Below are positions 36,153 to 41,839 of a stretch of DNA of 41,839 nucleotides, in pieces (position 1 is the first letter of the stretch; every line of letters begins with the position of its first letter). The stretch spans positions 1-41,839 of the forward strand of contig CAXUCQ010000001.1 in assembly GCA_964249295.1 (NCBI GenBank), given 5' to 3'. The DNA comes from an uncultured Armatimonadales bacterium. GTDB taxonomy: Bacteria; Armatimonadota; Armatimonadia; Armatimonadales; Capsulimonadaceae. A program made the position numbers and the translations under genes. The notes under the pieces were generated by a model that made no database searches, was not told the DNA's origin, and was given only the letters and a program-made list of their open reading frames with translations.

Positions 36153-36578
36153 TTAAGGTTTGGTCACTTTCGCCTTGCCGCCCACATGCGCCCCGTGCGT
36201 CGCGGCCCGCCCCCAGACGGAGAATCCCTTGCTCACGCCGGTGATCAGGCTGCTCAGATTGATGAGTGGAGTGGTCACCGCGCTTTGAACAGCGCTGGCC
36301 GTTTTTTCAACGTTTTGCGAAACGTTCTCCGTCATCACCTCGCCTCGGGTCAGGATGTGGTCGGCCTTTTCGCCGACGGAGACCGTGATGCGGTTGACCG
36401 TATCCAGGGTGTCGCTCGCCTTCACGACGACAGGCTCCAACTTGTCCGTCAGTTTCGTCAGTTGCTGCTGGATTTTCGTCATCGCAAAAGCGAGAGCTCC
36501 CAACAGCCCGACGGTCGTGAGCGAAAAGATCGCTCCGAAAACAACAAGTATCCAGGACGCCGCATCGTTCAAATGCAT
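36153..36578 (-). CDS. DUF948-like membrane-anchored stress-associated protein
   Basis: N-terminal TM segment WILVVFGAIFSLTTVGLLGALAFA followed by a helical region. SD GGGAGAAG lies 5 nt upstream. It starts 16 nt upstream of ytxH-like gene start. Confidence 0.7.
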   Translation of the reverse strand: MHLNDAASWILVVFGAIFSLTTVGLLGALAFAMTKIQQQLTKLTDKLEPVVVKASDTLDTVNRITVSVGEKADHILTRGEVMTENVSQNVEKTASAVQSAVTTPLINLSSLITGVSKGFSVWGRAATHGAHVGGKAKVTKP

Positions 36579-36697
36579 CTATACTTCTCCCGTGCTCCGG
36601 CTGCTGTTTGGGCGTCGGACGATAGCCGCAAACGCACAGCAAGGTTGCTAGCATATACCCGCCGTGCGAGTCTTCCAAACAGACCCGCTGCGCATGT

Positions 36698-37327
36698 CTA
36701 CTGCCCGGATGATGGGTGATTTAGTGGGAAGAGGGGGAGCAGAGATTTCAAAGCGCGCGCGCGGTGACTGACCGTGTTCTTCCGCTCCGGCTCCAGTTCC
36801 GCCATTGTCGCGCGAAATTCAGGCAGGAGGAAAACAGGATCGTATCCGAACCCCTCCGCGCCGGTCGGGGAGTGCGTGATCAGCCCATGGCAGACGCCTT
36901 CGGCGGCGTAAACGCCGCCTTCCGGCGTGGCAAGAGCCGCGGCACAGACGAATCGGGCGGTCCGCAATCCCCCAGGAACGTCTTGAAGCTGCCGCAGAAG
37001 AAGCGCGTTACGCTCTGCGTCCGTCGCAGATGCTCCCGCCCAACGTGCTGAGAACAGACCGGGGGCGCCGCCGAGCGCGTCCACACAGAGGCCGGAGTCA
37101 TCCGCGAGCGCGGCGCAGCCCGTGGCCGCCGCATACGCGACCGCTTTTAGAAGCGCGTTCTCGGCGAACGTCATCCCCGTTTCTTCCACGGGGGGGTCAG
37201 CAACCCCCAGATCACGGGCCAGGGCGAGTCTGACGCGCGAAAGGTCGAGGAGTGGGGTGAGGAGCGCGCGGAACTCTTCGACTTTGCCGGGGTTGGTGGT
37301 TGCTAGGACCAGCGTTGTGCTTGTCAC
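36698..37327 (-). CDS. rdgB: non-canonical purine NTP pyrophosphatase RdgB/HAM1
   Basis: Motifs [11 protein letters not shown] and FGYDPVF. The in-frame GTG at 37327 overlaps the rph stop (GTGA at 37327..37324). The longer 307-aa track ORF would lie inside rph. Confidence 0.88.
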   Translation of the reverse strand: MTSTTLVLATTNPGKVEEFRALLTPLLDLSRVRLALARDLGVADPPVEETGMTFAENALLKAVAYAAATGCAALADDSGLCVDALGGAPGLFSARWAGASATDAERNALLLRQLQDVPGGLRTARFVCAAALATPEGGVYAAEGVCHGLITHSPTGAEGFGYDPVFLLPEFRATMAELEPERKNTVSHRARALKSLLPLFPLNHPSSGQ

Positions 37328-38043
37328 AACAAGCCGGCCAGGGCTTCGCGCTGCTTGGCGAACATCAGGCGGGTCCCCACCTGGGCGAGATCGAGCAGCC
37401 GGTTCATGCGCGGGCGGTCGAAGGGCGCCCCCTCCGCCGTTCCCTGGACTTCGACATACTTGCCCGTGTCCGTCATGACGATGTTCATGTCCACGGAAGC
37501 TTTCGAGTCTTCCTCGTAGGCCAGATCGAGACGCTCTTCGCCCTGCACCACGCCGACTGAGACCGCCGCGACCCACTCGGAAACGGGCAGCGTCTTGATC
37601 TGACCCTTCGCCCTCATCCAACTCAGCGCTTCGATTAGGGCCACGAAGGCCCCGGAGATGGCGGCGGTGCGTGTCCCGCCGTCGGCCTGCAAGACGTCAC
37701 AATCGAGCGTGATCGTGCGCTCGCCCAGCGCGCCCATGTCGACCACCGAGCGCAGTGAGCGCCCGACGAGCCGCTGGATCTCGATGGACCGGCCGTTGGG
37801 CTTGCCGGAGTCGCGCGACGAGCGGGTGTGCGTGGAACGGGGCAGCATCGCGTATTCGGCGGTCACCCATCCCTGTCCCTGTCCCTTCAAGAAGGGGGGG
37901 ACACGATCCTCCACGCTGGCGGTGCAGAGGACTTTGGTCTCGCCGACCTGAATCAGACAGGAGCCTTCGGCGTAGCGGGCGAAGGAGCGGGTGAGGGTCG
38001 TCGGGCGGGGCTGGTCGAGGGCGCGGCCATCGTCGCGGGGCAT
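37324..38043 (-). CDS. rph: ribonuclease PH
   Basis: [12 protein letters not shown]...[20 protein letters not shown].., and ..[21 protein letters not shown]... Confidence 0.93.
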   Translation of the reverse strand: MPRDDGRALDQPRPTTLTRSFARYAEGSCLIQVGETKVLCTASVEDRVPPFLKGQGQGWVTAEYAMLPRSTHTRSSRDSGKPNGRSIEIQRLVGRSLRSVVDMGALGERTITLDCDVLQADGGTRTAAISGAFVALIEALSWMRAKGQIKTLPVSEWVAAVSVGVVQGEERLDLAYEEDSKASVDMNIVMTDTGKYVEVQGTAEGAPFDRPRMNRLLDLAQVGTRLMFAKQREALAGLL

Positions 38044-38077
38044 TGCTGTTTCTCCATTCGCGTCGGTTTGGACGTTT

Positions 38078-38683
38078 CTAATTCCCGCCGTTCGCCGCCT
38101 GTCGGACTGTGTCGGGGCGGATCACATCCAGTGGGCTGGCAATAGGGAGCTGGCTGAGGGCATCAATCGGCTTGCCCTCCACTAGAATCTGGACGCGGTC
38201 GATGTTCGGGAACTGCCCCAGGGTGAGCAGCACTGAGTTCACCGTCTGCGCCTCCTGGGTGTCGCCGCCGTGAAAGTTGTTCTGAAACTCACGGCTGAAG
38301 TCGACGGTCGCGAGGCCATCGGCGATCTTGACGCCCCGGAGGCGCGTCCCCACCGGCAGGGGACTGTTGTCGGCTTGGACCAGCGCGTTCAGCGAGTCGC
38401 GCGCGGGACTTTGCGGGGAAGGCCAGGCCACCGACTGCGCGACGAGATCGTTGTCGTCGCCGCCGGAAGCGCCGACGACGTAGATCAGGCCGCGCGCCTT
38501 CGGCACCGGGCCGGAGACCGGCGGCATGGCTTGGCCCACGCCGCCCAAAGGAACGGCTATCGCGGGCGGCGATGTCCGGTGTGTCGCGTCCTGATTTCGA
38601 TCTAAAAAGAACTTGTAGGATAGCGCCGCGAGGATGGCGACGATCATGATCAAGACGGCGACCAGGGCGGGCGTTCTGTTCAT
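38078..38683 (-). CDS. GerMN-domain membrane-anchored protein
   Basis: N-terminal TM segment [16 protein letters not shown]. The GerMN-like region is LNALVQ...[16 protein letters not shown]....[24 protein letters not shown]. Confidence 0.75.
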   Translation of the reverse strand: MNRTPALVAVLIMIVAILAALSYKFFLDRNQDATHRTSPPAIAVPLGGVGQAMPPVSGPVPKARGLIYVVGASGGDDNDLVAQSVAWPSPQSPARDSLNALVQADNSPLPVGTRLRGVKIADGLATVDFSREFQNNFHGGDTQEAQTVNSVLLTLGQFPNIDRVQILVEGKPIDALSQLPIASPLDVIRPDTVRQAANGGN

Positions 38684-38710
38684 TGCGTTCCCAAAATGTT
38701 CCTGTCGGCC

Positions 38711-40558
38711 TCAGCGCGCAGAGCGGTCGGCGATGAAGTCACGGAGGCCGGCAACAATGCCTTGGGCGATGTGCTGCTGAGTCTCGTCGTCCTTCAGTTT
38801 GGCGAGGTCGTCATCGTTGTTCATGTAGCCGCATTCCACCAACACGGCGGGCATCGGATTGCCGCGAAGCACGCCGAACCCCGTTTGAAATCGGATCGTG
38901 TCGGACTTCACCCCGTCGGCGGGGAGGCCGGACACTTCCGCAACGCGGTTGACGATGTCGCTCGCCATGCGGCGACACAACCCGTTCTGGGCGTGATAAT
39001 AGACGGTCGTGCCGCTGTGCGAGTTCTGAGCGCCACTGGAGTCGCAATGTATACTGACGAAATAGTCCGCTCCATGAGCGATGGCGAACTGCGGGCGTGC
39101 CATGACCGGCAGGAATGAGTCATCCTCCCTTGTCATGTACACGGTCGCCCCACTCGCCGCCAGCACATCCCGGAGTTTCAGGCCGATGGCAAGAGTGAAG
39201 TTCTTCTCCATGCTCCCATCCGGGCCAAGCGCGCCGGAGTCCTGAAGCCCATGCCCAGGGTCAACCACAACGACCTTCCCCCGCAGGCTGTTTGTCGGAC
39301 CGTCGTCCGCGATTGGGCCTGGCTCGGGCCGCACCGGTTGTTCGTGCGGAGCTTGGATGTTGATCAGATACGTCACGCTCCCGTCCCCGGCCACCTGGCG
39401 ACTGATCGTATACGCCGCCAGCCTTGTCAGGTCCACGACGACGCGACCGAACTGCACCACGCCGGTGCGTAGAATGCCGGAGCGCACGGCTTTGATCACG
39501 GCGCCCGCGCCTGGCAGTGCGGGGTTCACGGCGGCATCCAGCGAGGCCCCGGCCAGATCGAAAGCCAGCCGATTCGGGCCGCTCAGCGTCTCAGTGCGGT
39601 ACTTGGCCTGCCCCGTCGCCGTGACGGCGATCTGTGTCAGCCCGTCACTCAGCGGCCTGACGCTGACGCTGGTGATCCGCACGCTTTCACTTGCAGACAG
39701 TGGCCTGGAAGGTGCTGTGGCGACAGACGCCGACGGGCGCACAGGCGCTGTCGCGCTATGGACGGGAGTCACAGGCAGCGGCGGCAGCGAGGCGGACGGC
39801 GACAGGGCGATGGGGTTCTGTGCCACTTCCGTGCCGGGACGCTTCCCCGCACCCAGAGCGACCCGGATGTGGTCCGTCTCCGTCGCGCTCGCCACCTGAA
39901 ACGGGAGGTCGCGCTTGAGGTCGATGGTGATGCGGACTGTTTCGGGATCGATCTGCCCGCTGCGGATCCGCAGCACGTTCGCTCCCGGCCCGTCCTGATC
40001 CACGACCGGCACGTTGGCGGGCGCCGCCGCCAGGTCGAGGCCGTACAGATCCACATACAGGCGGCTCGGGCTGTCGATGTGCTGCACCTGATAGGTGATG
40101 GGGTAGGACGTGAAGATCGACAGCGAGTCGGCGTTCTGACGGACCATTTCGAGCCGCGCCCGTAGGACGAGCGTCGCCGTGGCGGGCTGCCAGTCCAGGC
40201 TGGCGCCGATGCCGGGCGCGACCTTCTGGAGCGACACGCACTCGTGGCCCCAGACCGGGATGAACGGAACGACCGACTGCCGCCCGTCCGCGCCCGTGAC
40301 CGTCACGCGGCGCTGTGCGCCGTCTACGGAGAAGCTCGCGCCCATCAGCCGCACCACGTCGGCAGGCGCGTAGACCTCTCCGTCGTCACCGACAAACGGC
40401 GTGACACTGAGCGGCATGGCGCGGCCCCCGATCACGATCGTGACGGGAGTGGCGGCGAGGGCTGGAACTGTCAGCGATGCACAGAGCAAAAGAATCAGCG
40501 AAACGAACAGCAGTCGGAGACGGTTCGAGACGCGCGATGAAGCGGTGAACGGTTGCAT
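38711..40558 (-). CDS. N-acetylmuramoyl-L-alanine amidase (Amidase_3) with a Cu-amine-oxidase-N-like stalk and two AMIN domains
   Basis: Signal peptide, then AMIN-like repeats (..SRLYVDLYGLDL.., ..NRLAFDLAGASL..). Catalytic motifs VVVDPGHG, SIHCDS and ECGYMNN. Confidence 0.88.
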   Translation of the reverse strand: MQPFTASSRVSNRLRLLFVSLILLLCASLTVPALAATPVTIVIGGRAMPLSVTPFVGDDGEVYAPADVVRLMGASFSVDGAQRRVTVTGADGRQSVVPFIPVWGHECVSLQKVAPGIGASLDWQPATATLVLRARLEMVRQNADSLSIFTSYPITYQVQHIDSPSRLYVDLYGLDLAAAPANVPVVDQDGPGANVLRIRSGQIDPETVRITIDLKRDLPFQVASATETDHIRVALGAGKRPGTEVAQNPIALSPSASLPPLPVTPVHSATAPVRPSASVATAPSRPLSASESVRITSVSVRPLSDGLTQIAVTATGQAKYRTETLSGPNRLAFDLAGASLDAAVNPALPGAGAVIKAVRSGILRTGVVQFGRVVVDLTRLAAYTISRQVAGDGSVTYLINIQAPHEQPVRPEPGPIADDGPTNSLRGKVVVVDPGHGLQDSGALGPDGSMEKNFTLAIGLKLRDVLAASGATVYMTREDDSFLPVMARPQFAIAHGADYFVSIHCDSSGAQNSHSGTTVYYHAQNGLCRRMASDIVNRVAEVSGLPADGVKSDTIRFQTGFGVLRGNPMPAVLVECGYMNNDDDLAKLKDDETQQHIAQGIVAGLRDFIADRSAR

Positions 40559-40593
40559 GAGCGCGGATTCTCCCCCAAGTCATGGGTCGTTCT

Positions 40594-40622
40594 TTGACGG
40601 CAGTGGGCGACAGTTGACGGCA
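40594..40622 (+). promoter_or_regulatory. 9-bp direct repeat in the amidase upstream region, a possible regulator binding site
   Basis: TTGACGGCA occurs at 40594..40602 and again at 40614..40622, 20 bp start to start. Both lie in the 66-bp gap between the oxidase stop and the amidase start. Confidence 0.3.
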
Positions 40623-40624
40623 TT

Positions 40625-41785
40625 CTAACATGGATTTTGATATTGGTCAACAACAACTGAAAGACTTCCATCGAAAAAGCGTGCCGCCTGGAACCGCGCG
40701 AGGTCGTGTGGGGTGTCTTGTCCAATCGCGAGTGTGGCGAGGATCTGCCCGAGCAGAATGGTGAACTTGAAGCCGTGGCCGGAGCAGCCGCTGCAAAGGA
40801 AGGCCCCCGGCAGCGCCGGGACGGCGTCTACAACAAAGTCCTCATCGGGCGTGTTGGTGTACAGGCAGACCTTGTCATAGACGGGCGGCCCGTGCAGCGC
40901 GGGCAGCCGACGGCTGGCGTAGGCCAGCAGCGATCGAACGTCGTCCGGGGTTTGCTGCCGCATGACGGATTGTGGATTGACGGCTTGCCCGTGTCGATGA
41001 CAGGCGATCTTGACGCCGGGCAGTTCCGGGTGATGGGGGAAGCCGTAGAAGCTGGTGTCGGCATCGATCCAGACAGGGAAAGCGCCGATTCCGAATGTGT
41101 CAAGTGTTCCCGCCGCCTGGAGGTGCGCGTAGCATTGTCGAGTCACCGTGAGTGGCAACTTCAGACTGGGCAGTAGGTCTGGTATCCACGGACCGGCGGT
41201 GATGAGTACGCGGTCGAATAGGTCTGTTTTGTCATCCGTTTCAACGCGGATGCTGCCGTCTGCCGAAAGGCTGGCGCCTCGTACCGGAGCGTTCTCCCGC
41301 AGCTCCGCCCCTGCATCAAGGGCCAGCCGCATCTGGGCCTTGACGCACTGTGAGGCGCGCAGAAAGCCGCTGTCTGCCTGGTAAATCCCATACTGTTCAG
41401 GGTCCAAACGGAACGGCGGGAAGCGGCCCGTCACTTCGTCCGCCGTCAGACGCTCATACGGCACGCCGTTGACGTGAAGCGCCTGCTCGGTCTGCGCCAT
41501 GGCCGGGTTGTCTTGGCGGCCAAAGGTCAGCCCGCCACAGCGCACGAGCAGTTCTTCCCCCGCCTCGGCTTCCAGATCGCCCCAGAGGTCATACGCCGCC
41601 GCCATCATGCGCGTGTACAGCGCGTCGGGATACGTCCGCCGGATGATGCGCGAACCGCCATAAGACGAGCCTTGGTCATGGTCGAGCGTGAACCGCTCGT
41701 AAACCGTGACGGAATGCCCGGCTTGGGCCAGGAACCGCGCGGCGGCAGACCCCGTTCCGCCCGATCCGATAATGGCGATGTTCAT
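40625..41785 (-). CDS. FAD-dependent monomeric sarcosine oxidase / N-methyltryptophan oxidase family enzyme
   Basis: MNIAIIGSGGTGSAAARFL (GxGxxG), and CSGCSGHGFKF, the covalent-FAD Cys context of the MSOX family. I chose the start at 41785 rather than the 12 upstream codons. Confidence 0.85.
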   Translation of the reverse strand: MNIAIIGSGGTGSAAARFLAQAGHSVTVYERFTLDHDQGSSYGGSRIIRRTYPDALYTRMMAAAYDLWGDLEAEAGEELLVRCGGLTFGRQDNPAMAQTEQALHVNGVPYERLTADEVTGRFPPFRLDPEQYGIYQADSGFLRASQCVKAQMRLALDAGAELRENAPVRGASLSADGSIRVETDDKTDLFDRVLITAGPWIPDLLPSLKLPLTVTRQCYAHLQAAGTLDTFGIGAFPVWIDADTSFYGFPHHPELPGVKIACHRHGQAVNPQSVMRQQTPDDVRSLLAYASRRLPALHGPPVYDKVCLYTNTPDEDFVVDAVPALPGAFLCSGCSGHGFKFTILLGQILATLAIGQDTPHDLARFQAARFFDGSLSVVVDQYQNPC

Positions 41786-41839
41786 GCTCACGGCGCGGGT
41801 ACTACTCCGATGCCCCCGCACTCCTGAGAAGGCGAACGA

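Overview
GC-rich bacterial chromosomal segment with strong G/C bias at third codon positions. About 39 protein-coding genes are tightly packed on both strands. By eye I found no rRNA, tRNA, CRISPR array, transposase, integrase, prophage or recognisable defence cargo. Most long ORFs in the six-frame track that lie antisense to these genes are high-GC artefacts.

Gene content from left to right:
- Oxidative pentose-phosphate operon (gnd-zwf), followed by a 2Fe-2S ferredoxin and a deacetylase-family gene.
- An orphan ABC permease coupled to an unknown 141-aa protein.
- A GH15 / PgeF / anchored-protein operon.
- Two small genes (a 4-TM protein and a TPR protein), then an 858-aa secreted TIM-barrel-like glycosidase candidate.
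- A class-III aminotransferase.
- A minus-strand string: zinc-ribbon protein, GAF-PAS histidine kinase, dUTPase, TPR/TM protein, P450.
- radA overlapping a large polytopic membrane protein.
- A Met-rich fasciclin protein.
- dinG-like helicase plus a DUF5335-like protein, convergent with recD2 and hflX.
- A three-gene heptose-nucleotide cluster (gmhA, hddA and hddC-like), then ridA.
- A KGG / YtxH(LEA-like) / DUF948 stress cluster.
- rph-rdgB, a GerMN protein, an AMIN-amidase, and a sarcosine-oxidase-family flavoenzyme.

The phylum cannot be assigned without a search. GerMN with an AMIN-amidase, KGG/YtxH proteins and leaderless starts suggest a terrestrial, desiccation-tolerant lineage.

I found no decisive evidence for a novel system. 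The best candidates for something undescribed are:
(a) the kinase-dut-TPR/TM-P450 translationally coupled string, which has no response regulator;
(b) the radA-coupled membrane protein with a degenerate alkaline-phosphatase-like ectodomain;
(c) the orphan permease with its coupled unknown protein;
(d) a recurrent leaderless promoter geometry, including a 3-codon leaderless mini-ORF upstream of gnd and a symmetric bidirectional promoter;
(e) the LEA-like and AT-hook stress cluster.
All functional interpretations beyond motif-level family calls are inference.
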